From the NCBI GenBank assembly GCA_005879405.1, contig VBKW01000143.1:1-53249 (forward strand): DNA of 53,249 nt. The letters are read 5' to 3'. The notes beneath the pieces were generated by a model. That model was not told the DNA's origin, made no database searches, and saw only the letters and a program-made list of their open reading frames with translations. The stretch is from Deltaproteobacteria bacterium (GTDB lineage: Bacteria > Desulfobacterota > Binatia > UTPRO1). Shown in pieces: positions 35,008-45,035 of this stretch; position 1 is the stretch's first letter, and every line of letters starts with the position of its first letter. A program made the translations under genes and the position numbers.

Positions 35008-36467
35008 TGGCGGATCACGTGCGCCGTTTGCTCCGGGTTGCGGCGCGCCAGCTCGATCAAGCTCGTCGCCTCGAGCGCCGTCACGCCGGACGTGAGCGCG
35101 CGCGCCTCGACCCGTCGCGTCGCGACGCCGATCGGCGCCCGGCTGGCCATCGCCAGCAAGAACGGCCGCACGACCAGCAGCGCGACGACGAGGATCGCAA
35201 CCAGGCCTCCCGCGCGCCACAGCACCTCCGACCACGCGCCGAGCCGACTCATCATCGTCGGCGCCTCCGGCGCCTCGGGCGCGGGCGGCGTTTGGAACGG
35301 CGCGCTCGCGACCTCGATCTGATCGCCGCGCTCCTCGTTGAAGCCGACGGCGCGCTTGATCAGTTCGCGATAGCGGTCGACCTCCTCGGACGGCCGCGGC
35401 ACGAACGTGCGCGCGGCGCCTTCGCCTTGCCACGTGCCGTCGATCATCACCGCCACCGACAGCTTGCGGATGCCGCCCGACTGCTCGACGCGCCGGCTCG
35501 TGATCTTGCTGACCTCGTAACTGAGCGCCGCGTCCTCGCGCTCGGAATGCGGACCGTCCTCCGCGGGCGCCGGCGCGGGCTCGTTGGTCAACGTCGCATT
35601 CACGCCGGGTGCGCCGCTCGCGGCCGCGCTCTGCACGTTCTTTTCGCGCGTGCGCTTCTCGTTCTTCACGGCGACCCGGTCGGGATCGAAGCTCTCCTCG
35701 GTCTTCTCCACCTGCGCCAAGTCCAACGTCGCGGTGACGCGCGCGAGCGCGTGCCCCGGTCCGAGGACGCGGCTCAGCATGCTCTCGATGCGCTCGACGT
35801 AGCCCTGCTCGAGCTCACGCTGGAACGCGAGCAGGCTCTGCCCCGCCGGCCGGCCCGCCGCGCTCTCCTCGAGCTCGCGCGTCAGCACCTGCCCGTTGAT
35901 GTCGACGACGGTGACGTCGGCGGGCCTCAGCCCCTCGACGCTCGCGGCGACGAGACGGACGATGCCGGCGATCTGGTCCTCGGCGAGCACGCGCCCCGGC
36001 CGCAGCTTCACGACGACCGACGCCGACGGCCGCCGCTCCTCGGCCACGAAGAGCGAGCGCTCGGGAAGCGCCAAGTGCACGCGCGCCGCCTCGACTGCGG
36101 AGAGCTCGCCGATCGTCCGCGCCAGCTCGCCCTGCAGGGCGCGCTGGTAGTTCAGGCGCTGCACGAAGTCCGTCATGCCGAGCGTCTGCTTGTCGAAGAT
36201 CTCGAATCCGACACCGCCGCCTTGCGGCACACCGCGGGCGGCGAGCGCCATGCGCGTCTCGTACACGCGCGCCGCATCGACCTCGACCGTCGTCCCGCCC
36301 TCGCCCATCCGATAGGGAATCTTCTCCGCCTTCAGGTACTCGACGACGGCGCCGCCGTCGGAGCCGCTCAAGTTCGAGAACAGTACGCGGTACTGCGGCC
36401 GCGCCACCCAGACGCCGAGGAGCCCCGTCCCGAGGATGACGCCGACGGTGAGCGCGAGAAACGTCAT
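34986..36467 (-). CDS. fliF: Flagellar MS-ring protein FliF (true start probably upstream, up to 36548)
   Basis: Contains YRVLFSNLSGSDGGAVVEYLKAEKIPYR and FVQRLNYQRALQGELARTI. The reading frame stays open and FliF-like (..LQIRDFFLALPPARR) upstream of ATG 36467, but has no ATG, GTG or TTG there. Confidence 0.9.
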   Translation of the reverse strand: MTFLALTVGVILGTGLLGVWVARPQYRVLFSNLSGSDGGAVVEYLKAEKIPYRMGEGGTTVEVDAARVYETRMALAARGVPQGGGVGFEIFDKQTLGMTDFVQRLNYQRALQGELARTIGELSAVEAARVHLALPERSLFVAEERRPSASVVVKLRPGRVLAEDQIAGIVRLVAASVEGLRPADVTVVDINGQVLTRELEESAAGRPAGQSLLAFQRELEQGYVERIESMLSRVLGPGHALARVTATLDLAQVEKTEESFDPDRVAVKNEKRTREKNVQSAAASGAPGVNATLTNEPAPAPAEDGPHSEREDAALSYEVSKITSRRVEQSGGIRKLSVAVMIDGTWQGEGAARTFVPRPSEEVDRYRELIKRAVGFNEERGDQIEVASAPFQTPPAPEAPEAPTMMSRLGAWSEVLWRAGGLVAILVVALLVVRPFLLAMASRAPIGVATRRVEARALTSGVTALEATSLIELARRNPEQTAHVIRQWVAGAE

Positions 36468-36544
36468 CCGGCGCGCCGGCGGTAGCGCGAGGAAGAAGTC
36501 GCGGATCTGCAGCGTGAGCGCGCAGTCGGTCCATCGATCAGCGC

Positions 36545-36850
36545 TCAGACCTGCATCCGCATGATCTCCTGGTAGGCCTCGACGATCTTGTTCCGCACCT
36601 GCATCATCAAGCGGAACGACACGTCGGCCTGCTCCATGGCGATCATCGTCTCGTGAAGGCTCATCTTGTCGCCGGTCGCGAGCGCGGTGATCGCCGCGTC
36701 CGCTTTCTGCTGCAGCGTGTTCACCTCGTCGAGCGAGCTCTTCAGCACCTCGGCGAACGGATGCGCCTCGCCGCCGGCCGTGGGTGCCGGCGTCTCGCGC
36801 GGTCGGATGAACGCGATCTCGGGGAGCTGTGCGATGTCCTTGACGTTCAT
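36545..36850 (-). CDS. fliE: Flagellar hook-basal body protein FliE
   Basis: C-terminal half: LHETMIAMEQADVSFRLMMQVRNKIVEAYQEIMRMQV. Confidence 0.9.
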   Translation of the reverse strand: MNVKDIAQLPEIAFIRPRETPAPTAGGEAHPFAEVLKSSLDEVNTLQQKADAAITALATGDKMSLHETMIAMEQADVSFRLMMQVRNKIVEAYQEIMRMQV

Positions 36851-36853
36851 GGG

Positions 36854-37291
36854 CTACGCCTTGCCGATCTCGAGCGCCGCCTCGAGCACGCGCTTGGTGG
36901 CGTTCAGCGCCGCGACATTCGCCTCGTAGGCGCGCGTCGCCGCCATCATGTCGACCATCTCGCTCACGACGTTCACGTTCGGCATCGCGACGTAGCCGTT
37001 CTGGTCCGCGTCGGGATGCCCGGGATCGAAGACGAGCTGCGGCGGATGGTGATCCTCGACGACGCGCGCCACCCGCACGGCCGCGTTCTCGGCGCCGGCG
37101 GGCGCGAGCAGGTCGTCGAAGCTCTCGCCCTGCGGCGTCGCCTCGAGGACGACGTCGTGACGCCGGTACGGGCCGCCGGCGGGCGTGCGGGTGCTCTGGG
37201 CGTTCGCCAGGTTCGCCGCGATCACGTCCATGCGCAGCCGCTGCGCGCGCAGTCCGCTGGCGCTGATCGCGAATGCCGTCGCGGTGTCCAT
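36854..37291 (-). CDS. flgC: Flagellar proximal rod protein FlgC
   Basis: FAISASGLRAQRLRMDVIAANLANAQSTRTPAGGPYRR with C-terminal VSEMVDMMAATRAYEANV. ATG 37291 overlaps the flgB stop. Confidence 0.95.
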   Translation of the reverse strand: MDTATAFAISASGLRAQRLRMDVIAANLANAQSTRTPAGGPYRRHDVVLEATPQGESFDDLLAPAGAENAAVRVARVVEDHHPPQLVFDPGHPDADQNGYVAMPNVNVVSEMVDMMAATRAYEANVAALNATKRVLEAALEIGKA

Positions 37292-37653
37292 CACGCCCTG
37301 CCGTCGGTGATCACGGCGCGCAGCCCCGCGTACTTCTTCGCGATGATCTGCGACAGCGCGACGATCTTCAGCGCGTTCTGCGAGAGCCGTGACATCTCGG
37401 TGTCGACGTCGACCGAGTTGCCGTCGGTCTTCAACGTCGCGTGCACATCGACGATCGGCTCGGCGCCGTCGGCCGCGCCACGCTCCGCGTTCGCCTCGAA
37501 CGCGCGCGCCAGCGCCGATCCGAAGTCGAGATCGCGCGCCCGATATCCCGGCGTCTCCGCGTTCGCGACGTTCTCGGCGAGCACGCGGTGCCGCGCCTGG
37601 TACAGATCGAGGGCCTGGCCGAGGCCCTGGATGACTGGTCCGAAGATCCGCAT
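37291..37653 (-). CDS. flgB: Flagellar proximal rod protein FlgB
   Basis: Contains LYQARHRVLAENVANAETPGYRARDLDF and NSVDVDTEMSRLSQNAL. ATG 37653 with GAGAGGG SD. Confidence 0.9.
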   Translation of the reverse strand: MRIFGPVIQGLGQALDLYQARHRVLAENVANAETPGYRARDLDFGSALARAFEANAERGAADGAEPIVDVHATLKTDGNSVDVDTEMSRLSQNALKIVALSQIIAKKYAGLRAVITDGRA

Positions 37654-37680
37654 GGTTGACCCTCTCGAGCGTGCCGAGGG

Positions 37681-37696
37681 AGCAAGTTGCATTCCA
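37681..37696 (-). promoter_or_regulatory. Sigma-54 promoter of flgB-flgC-fliE-fliF-fliG-fliH-fliI-fliJ
   Basis: The - strand reads TGGAATGCAACTTGCT (GG and TTGCT conserved, exact spacing). It lies 27 nt upstream of ATG 37653. Confidence 0.6.
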
Positions 37697-37801
37697 CGAG
37701 AGCGCGCGCGCACTGCGGGACGCGATCGTCCAAGCTCGCGCCGTCACTCACTCGACGCCCTCGTCGCCGCGGGCATTTCGTTCCGTCCGTCAAAAGGCTG
37801 A

Positions 37802-37816
37802 CGGCAAGTTTTGCCG
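37802..37816. promoter_or_regulatory. Palindrome CGGCAagtttTGCCG, candidate enhancer (class A)
   Basis: Perfect CGGCA-N5-TGCCG 105 nt upstream of the flgB sigma-54 promoter, embedded in the larger inverted repeat CTGACGGCAA..TTGCCGGTGTCAG. Confidence 0.55.
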
Positions 37817-37913
37817 GTGTCAGACGGCCGACCGCTCTCGGCGCGGGGGCGCACGTTCTTCGCGGCGTCGGCAGGACGAGAACGGGTGCGCCTATGCCGG
37901 CGCGGGCGCGGGC

Positions 37914-39305
<1,392 letters not shown>

Positions 39306-39311
39306 TCCCCG

Positions 39312-40202
39312 TCAGCGCCCGCTCGGCGCTGCATGCGGCAACGTGAGGACGAACGTCGCGCCGCGCGCGCTCGGCCGCAGCGCCAGCGTGCCACCGTGCG
39401 CGGCGACGGCAGCGCGCGCGACCGCGAGGCCGAGACCCGTGCCGCGCTCCTTCGTGGTGAAGAACGGCGTGAAGACGCTCTCGGCGCTCGCCGCCGGAAC
39501 CCCCGGCCCGTCGTCGGCGACGACGAGCCGCAGCCAGCGCGGCGACGGCTCGAGCGCGATCACGAGCGTCCCGCTTCCGGCCATCGCCTCCGCGGCGTTG
39601 CGGACGAGGTTGTGCAACGCTTGCGCGAGGAGACGCCGGTCGACCGGCCAGGTGGCCGCGCGCGCACCGCGACGCTCGACCGTGACGTCGCCGAGCGCCG
39701 GCGCCGCCGCGGCGAGCACCTCGTCGACGAGGGCGCCCAGGTCCGTCGTCGCGAGACGCGGCTCGGGCAGCCGGGTGTAGTCGAGAATGTTCGTCACCAG
39801 ATGGTTCAGATCGGCGACGCCGCCCGCCACCTGCTCCGCGAGCCGCAGCGCCGACGGCTGCGCCCGCACCTCGTCGACGAGGAGCTTGATGCACAGCTCC
39901 ATCGCGCCGAGCGGATTGCGCACCTCGTGGGCGAGCGTCGCCGCCATCTCGCCCATCGCGGCGAGGCGGCCGTGGCGCAGCGCCTGCGTCTCGAGACACC
40001 GCTGCCGCTCGATGCTCGCGTCGAGCGCCCGCTTCTTGTCGTCGAGCTCGAGCCGCAGCGCGTCGGCGTAGGCTTGTAGCTCGCGATACTGCTCCTCGAG
40101 CGTCGTCGTCGCTTCGGTGAAGACGCGAAACGCGGCGTGCAGCTCGGCGAGCTGCCGCTCGCTCGGTCGTGCGACGCGGTCGACGGCGGCTTCCACGCTC
40201 AC
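39312..40202 (-). CDS. Cytoplasmic histidine kinase without a recognisable sensor domain (coiled coil + HisKA + HATPase_c), FlgS/FlrB-like
   Basis: H-box MAATLAHEVRNPLGAM, N-box HNLVRNAAEA, G1 DDGPGV, G2 GTGLGLAV. No TM segment. GTG 40202 overlaps the upstream stop (GTGA). Confidence 0.9.
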   Translation of the reverse strand: MSVEAAVDRVARPSERQLAELHAAFRVFTEATTTLEEQYRELQAYADALRLELDDKKRALDASIERQRCLETQALRHGRLAAMGEMAATLAHEVRNPLGAMELCIKLLVDEVRAQPSALRLAEQVAGGVADLNHLVTNILDYTRLPEPRLATTDLGALVDEVLAAAAPALGDVTVERRGARAATWPVDRRLLAQALHNLVRNAAEAMAGSGTLVIALEPSPRWLRLVVADDGPGVPAASAESVFTPFFTTKERGTGLGLAVARAAVAAHGGTLALRPSARGATFVLTLPHAAPSGR

Positions 40203-42688
40203 GGCGTCTCCCGGCGATTCTCGAACGGCTTGACGATCGTCTCGTAGGTTTCCGCGGCGGTCGCGACGCGGCGTTCGAGGGCGTCATGGCTGCGCGCCAG
40301 CTCCGCGTACCCGGCGCGCGCGGCGGCGCCGCCGTCGCCGGCACCGAGACGCGCCAGACGGTACTGAGCGCCCTCGGCGCTCGACTGATCGGCATAGCGC
40401 TCGGTCAGCTCGCGATACGCCGCGAGCGCCGCCGGAGCATCGCCCGTCGCCTCCGCCGACTCGGCGACGATGCGGAGCGCCGTGGCCGTGTCGGACGCCG
40501 CGAGCGGCGGCGAGCGCTCACCGTCGAGGGCCGCCCGCGCGAGCCGCAGCGCGACCGCCGGATCCGCCGTCCGCAGTCGCCGAGCGACGTCGAGTCGAAC
40601 GGTACGTGCCGTCGCCGGATCGAGCGCCGCCGCGGCGTCGGCGCTCTCGCCGGCGGCACGACCTTGCCCGAGCGCGGCGAGCGCCCGCGCGCGCAAGGCG
40701 GTCGCCTCCGCCGGCGCCGCGTTCCCACGCGTCCGCAACCATTCGTCGGCGACGGCAAGCGCCTGCGGCGGATTCGTCGCGAGCACCGCCCCGCCCCGTT
40801 CCTCCCAGAGCGCGTCCGGCGCGTCCTTGCCGAGCCGCTCGGCAAGCGCGCGCAGCACCGCGTCGCTCTCGACCCCGAGGCCGACGACGCGGTAGCTGCG
40901 CGCGAGCGCGATTTGATCCGCGGATGCGAGCAGCGCCGGTGCGAGGCCCTGATCGGCGACGATGGCCACCGCCTCGACGTCGGCGCCGCGACGAAGCGCC
41001 CGCGTCAACGCCTCGGTCGCGAGGCGCCGGCGCTCGTCGAGCGCTTTTGCCGAGCCGAGGCCGTCGAGGCGGCGAAGGCCCGTGGCGTCGTCGCCGCGCG
41101 CGACGTCGAGCTGCGCGAGCCCGAGCGTCGCGCGCGCCGCGAGGCGCGCTCCGAACCCGCCGGAGGCGAGCTCCGTCCAGCGGGCGCGCGCCGTCGCGTC
41201 GTCACCGGCGGCGGCCGCCGCGGCGGCGATGTCGGCGAGCACGACGCCGCTCGGCGGCGCGTCGGGAGCGGAGCGCAGCGCGTCCAGCATCGTGAGCGCG
41301 CGCCGCGGCTGCCCGTCGGCGAGCTGCTGCCGCGCTTGCACCCGGATCGTCTCCGGGTCGGCGAGGATCGCGGGCGGGCAGAGCTCCGGCAGACGCGCGA
41401 CTTGCGCCGACGCGTTGCCCGGCGGATCGGTCCCCAGCACGAGCGCCGCGCGGCCGCGCGTCGCGAGGCAGACGGCCAGCGCGTCACCCGCGGCAGCGCG
41501 CGCATACGCGTCGCGGGCACGCTCGACGGCGTCGCGCTCGCGCGCGACGTCGCCGATCAACGCGTCGATGATCGGGCGCGTCGGATCCTTCACGGCCTCT
41601 TGCGCGACGCCCTGCAGCTCGGCGTCGAAGCCGAGCGCGCGGTACGCGAGCGCAATGTTCAGACGGGCGCGCGACGCATCGAAGAACTTCGGCGCGCCGC
41701 GAAGCGCGCGGCGGTAGAGATCGATCGCCGGCAGCACGCGCCCGCTCGTCGCGCGCACGGCGAGCTCGCGATCGGCCGCGAGGTAGAGCGCGGCCGGCTC
41801 GTCGCCGACGATCGCCGGCAGCGTCGCCGGGTCGGCGGCGGTCGCGAGCGCGCGCGCCAGCGCCGCGAGGTCGGCACGGCTCGCGTACGCCGGCGCTCCG
41901 GGATCGGGAGCGCAACACGCAACGGTGCCGAGCCGCCGCCACGCGCACGCCCGTTTCGGCCCCGCCCGGCCGTCGCGCGCCTGCGAGCCTTCCGCCGATG
42001 CCGCGGCCGGGGGCGCCGCCGTCGGCGCCACGAGTGGCGCGCGAGATTCCGCAGCCGCCGACGCGATGCCGTCATGAGGCGTCGCCTGCGGCGCCGGTGC
42101 GCGGCCGGCGCTCGGGTTCTTCGCCGGCGCAGCAGACGGCGCCGTGACGGCGAGCGCCGCGAGAACGGCCGGCCGGCTGATGGCGGTAGCGGCCTGCGGC
42201 GCGACAGCCTGCTCCGGCGCCGGACGCACGGCGGATCGGGCGGCGCGCGCGACGACTCTACCGGCGGGCGTCGGCGTCGGCTGCGGCGCCGCGATGAGAT
42301 CGATCACGAGTCGCGGCGGGTCGCGCTCGGAATAGGCATGCACGGCGGCCGGCGCCGCGCTGGTCGTGATGCGGATCGCGGCGTTGCCACGCGCCGCCGG
42401 CGCGAGGACGACGCGCGTCCCCGCGATCGTCGCCGTGTCGTCGCCGCGGAACGTCGTCGTGTACAGCGTCGGATCCACGAGCGCCCGCGGCACGACGACC
42501 TCGACGCCCGAGCTGGTGCGCGACGCGATCGCGCCGACGACCGGCTCGTTGATGAAGAACACGATCTCCTCGCGGTCCTCCAACGTGAGGAAGTGCGGCG
42601 GCGAAGCGAAGAGCGCCTCGCCGTACGCGCGCTCCGTGAGGAGCAGCAGCACGAGCACGGACAGAGCGAGTCGTCCCAGTGACCGCAT
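40199..42688 (-). CDS. Secreted AMIN-domain protein with Pro/Ala linker and long TPR-like helical-repeat region (829 aa)
   Basis: Signal peptide MRSLGRLALSVLVLLLLTERAYG and AMIN-like hallmark ..IRITTSAAPAAVHAYSERDPPRLVIDL. The rest is Ala/Leu/Arg-rich repeats. ATG 42688 chosen because the track start 42715 overlaps the promoter. Confidence 0.7.
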   Translation of the reverse strand: MRSLGRLALSVLVLLLLTERAYGEALFASPPHFLTLEDREEIVFFINEPVVGAIASRTSSGVEVVVPRALVDPTLYTTTFRGDDTATIAGTRVVLAPAARGNAAIRITTSAAPAAVHAYSERDPPRLVIDLIAAPQPTPTPAGRVVARAARSAVRPAPEQAVAPQAATAISRPAVLAALAVTAPSAAPAKNPSAGRAPAPQATPHDGIASAAAESRAPLVAPTAAPPAAASAEGSQARDGRAGPKRACAWRRLGTVACCAPDPGAPAYASRADLAALARALATAADPATLPAIVGDEPAALYLAADRELAVRATSGRVLPAIDLYRRALRGAPKFFDASRARLNIALAYRALGFDAELQGVAQEAVKDPTRPIIDALIGDVARERDAVERARDAYARAAAGDALAVCLATRGRAALVLGTDPPGNASAQVARLPELCPPAILADPETIRVQARQQLADGQPRRALTMLDALRSAPDAPPSGVVLADIAAAAAAAGDDATARARWTELASGGFGARLAARATLGLAQLDVARGDDATGLRRLDGLGSAKALDERRRLATEALTRALRRGADVEAVAIVADQGLAPALLASADQIALARSYRVVGLGVESDAVLRALAERLGKDAPDALWEERGGAVLATNPPQALAVADEWLRTRGNAAPAEATALRARALAALGQGRAAGESADAAAALDPATARTVRLDVARRLRTADPAVALRLARAALDGERSPPLAASDTATALRIVAESAEATGDAPAALAAYRELTERYADQSSAEGAQYRLARLGAGDGGAAARAGYAELARSHDALERRVATAAETYETIVKPFENRRETP

Positions 42689-42710
42689 ACCAGGAAAAAA
42701 TTGCCGGTCG

Positions 42711-42726
42711 AGCAACGCTCGTGCCG
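42711..42726 (-). promoter_or_regulatory. Sigma-54 promoter of the AMIN-TPR / kinase / response-regulator operon
   Basis: The - strand reads CGGCACGAGCGTTGCT, identical to the flgF promoter in 15 of 16 positions. It lies 22 nt upstream of ATG 42688. Confidence 0.65.
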
Positions 42727-42784
42727 CACCCGGTCGCGATCGAGCGATGGAAATCGCGACGCATTTCCTCCGTCGCGCCGCGGA

Positions 42785-42802
42785 CGGCCAGGCTTTTGGC
42801 CG
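42785..42802. promoter_or_regulatory. Palindrome CGGCCAggctttTGGCCG, candidate enhancer (class B)
   Basis: Perfect 6-bp arms, 58 nt upstream of the sigma-54 promoter at 42711..42726. Confidence 0.4.
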
Positions 42803-42811
42803 GCGCGACCG

Positions 42812-43414
42812 TCAGAAGGTTGACGACGGCGCCGCGCTCGCGGGGTCGCCGGCGAGACTCGACTCCGCCCGGCTCCAGGCGCGCAGCGCGGGAGCGAGCT
42901 CGTGCGCGAGCAGGGTCGACAGCTCACCCCAGGCGCGCCGCTCTTGCGCGCTGAGCAGCGCAGGAGCGACGGTCTGCACCGGCTCGACGGCCTCGGGCAC
43001 GACGGCGCCGTCGAGCGTCGCCACCTGCTGCTCGAGGACGAGCGCGAGACGCAGCTCCTCCATCAGCGCCGCCAGGAGCGCGTTGGCGTCGCGATCGTCG
43101 CCGGCGGCGAAGTGGGCGACCACGAGATCGACCTTCGACGCGACGACCTCGACGGCCGCCGCCAGCTCGGCGCGCATGCAGCGCGCGAACGCCGCCGGCG
43201 TCGACGTGCCGAGCACCAGCCGCCGCACGCTCCCGGCGCCGCGCCGCGCGTAACGCTCCTCGTCGCCGGCGCTGAAGGTGATACCGTCGATCTCGACGGT
43301 CGTGACGATCTCGTCCGGGTCGACGTGGACGCCGAGAGCCTCGATCATCTCGCCGACCGTCGCACCCACCGCCTCGACCGCGCCCACCGCGCGCTCATTG
43401 ATGAAGACGTCCAT
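42812..43414 (-). CDS. Hypothetical protein (200 aa), last gene of the glycosyltransferase operon
   Basis: Strong GC3 bias. The ATG overlaps the GT9 gene end by 20 nt. The N-terminus MDVFINERAVGAVEAVGATVGEMIEALG is vaguely beta-grasp-like. No family recognised. Confidence 0.7.
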   Translation of the reverse strand: MDVFINERAVGAVEAVGATVGEMIEALGVHVDPDEIVTTVEIDGITFSAGDEERYARRGAGSVRRLVLGTSTPAAFARCMRAELAAAVEVVASKVDLVVAHFAAGDDRDANALLAALMEELRLALVLEQQVATLDGAVVPEAVEPVQTVAPALLSAQERRAWGELSTLLAHELAPALRAWSRAESSLAGDPASAAPSSTF

Positions 43415-45035
43415 CGTCGCTCTCCTCCTCGATGGCGGCGCCGCCGAGCAGCGTCGTCATGCAATCGGCCCCGCGGGCGAGCTCGTCGTAGAGGGTGCGG
43501 GTCGCGGCCGCGAGCGTCGCGACGTCCGCATCCTCGAGATTCTCCTTGCCGAACTTGAACATCTGCGTCAGCACCGCAGTATCCGGCTGCGCGCCGCCGT
43601 GCTCCGCGATCATCCGGTCGAGCGCGTCGAGCTCGCGGCCGAGGCGGGCGATCTCCTCGAACGGCTCGCGACCGACCGCTCTCCGCAGTCTCGCGGCCAG
43701 CGCGCTGCCGTCGCGCGCCAGCTGCGCTACGCCGCTGAACGGCGCCGCATCGACCCTCGCCGCCTGCGGCCGCGGCAGCGGCGCGTTCGCGAGCAGCGCG
43801 AGACAGGTCGCGCGATAGGCGCGCCGCAGCTCGTCCTCCGCGCGTGCGGGCCGCGTGCCGAGGAGATCGCAGCGGTAGCGGCCGTCGGCGTCGAAGGCCG
43901 TGCGGTAGAGACGCGCGGTCGCCGTCGTCTGCGCCAGGCGATCGAGTGTCGCCCAGTCGCCGGCGAGGCGCGCGCCAACCACCGCCGCGACCAACTGCGG
44001 CTCGATCTCGGTGCGGCAGAACGGCTGCAAACAGGTGACGTTGTGATCGCAGGGCGCGCACGGCGCATTCGCGTGCAGCACGACGTTGTCGGGCGCATAC
44101 GGGCCGGTGTCGAACGGCGACGCCGGGCCGAAGAAGAGTCCGACGACGGGCGTCCCGACCGCGACCGCCATGTGCATCGGCCCCGTGTCGCCGGTGACGA
44201 GGGCGTCGAGACGGCGTAGCAGCGCTCCCAGCTCGGCGATGCCGGTCTTGCCACAGGCGTCGACGACGCCGCCGCCGATCTCCGCCGCGACCGCCGCGGC
44301 GAGCGCGCGGTCGCCGCGGCCGCCGACCAGCACGACGCGATGGCCGGCGCCGGCGAGCGCCCGGCCGAGCGCGCCGAACGCCGCCGCCGGCCACTGGCGG
44401 ATCTCGCGGCTGGCACCGAGCTGCAAACCGACGAGCGGCACGCCGTCGCGGACGCCGGCGTCGGCGAGCAGCGCCGCCGCCGCCCGCTCGGCGTCCTCGC
44501 GCACGACGTAGCGCAGCGGCTCGACGCCGCCGCCCCCGCCCGCCATCTCCCGGTAGTAGTCGACGAGGTTGAAGGCGGCGACGCGACGGTTGAGGCACAT
44601 CGTCGCGAAGAGCCGCGCCCACGGATGATGGATCACGCGAAACCCGTCCGGCGTCATCGACCAGCCGCGCACGTCGCGGATGCCGAGGAGACCCATGAAG
44701 ACCGCCGTCATCCGCGAGCTCGAGTAGTTGAGCGCGACGTCGTAGTCGGCGGCGCGCAGCTCGGCGAGCACCTCCTCGACGTAGCGATAGCCGTCGAGGA
44801 GCGCGGCGCCGCCGCGCAGCATGAGACCGCCGAGGCGGTCGAGATCGACGCGGACCACGTGATCGACGCCGGGGACGTCGTCGCAGACGTCGGCGAAGTT
44901 GCGCTCGGCGAGGAGGGTCACCTCGACACCGGGGTGATGCGCCCGCAAGGTCGCGATCGCCGGCGACGTCTGCAGGAGATCGCCGAACCGGGTCAAGTTG
45001 ACGATCAAGGCCCGTGTGGCTCGCCGCGCGCTCAT
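43395..45035 (-). CDS. Glycosyltransferase family 9 (heptosyltransferase-like) with ~200-aa C-terminal extension
   Basis: RALIVNLTRFGDLLQTSPAIATLRAHHPGVEVTLL, LVTGDTGPMHMAVAVGTPVVGLFG-like block, and a CAPCDHNVTCLQPFC cysteine motif. ATG 45035 overlaps the upstream stop (ATGA). Confidence 0.8.
   Translation of the reverse strand: MSARRATRALIVNLTRFGDLLQTSPAIATLRAHHPGVEVTLLAERNFADVCDDVPGVDHVVRVDLDRLGGLMLRGGAALLDGYRYVEEVLAELRAADYDVALNYSSSRMTAVFMGLLGIRDVRGWSMTPDGFRVIHHPWARLFATMCLNRRVAAFNLVDYYREMAGGGGGVEPLRYVVREDAERAAAALLADAGVRDGVPLVGLQLGASREIRQWPAAAFGALGRALAGAGHRVVLVGGRGDRALAAAVAAEIGGGVVDACGKTGIAELGALLRRLDALVTGDTGPMHMAVAVGTPVVGLFFGPASPFDTGPYAPDNVVLHANAPCAPCDHNVTCLQPFCRTEIEPQLVAAVVGARLAGDWATLDRLAQTTATARLYRTAFDADGRYRCDLLGTRPARAEDELRRAYRATCLALLANAPLPRPQAARVDAAPFSGVAQLARDGSALAARLRRAVGREPFEEIARLGRELDALDRMIAEHGGAQPDTAVLTQMFKFGKENLEDADVATLAAATRTLYDELARGADCMTTLLGGAAIEEESDDGRLHQ

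Noticed and set aside
42733-42760. Inverted repeat GTCGCGAT-N12-ATCGCGAC after the 200-aa ORF, as a possible intrinsic terminator
   Set aside because: No U-tract follows and the loop is long. It may still be a protein-binding site, but the evidence is too weak to annotate.
44411-44426. TGGCAC-CGAGC-TGCAA on the + strand
   Set aside because: The -12 element is displaced (TGCA, not TTGC). It lies inside and antisense to the GT9 gene.
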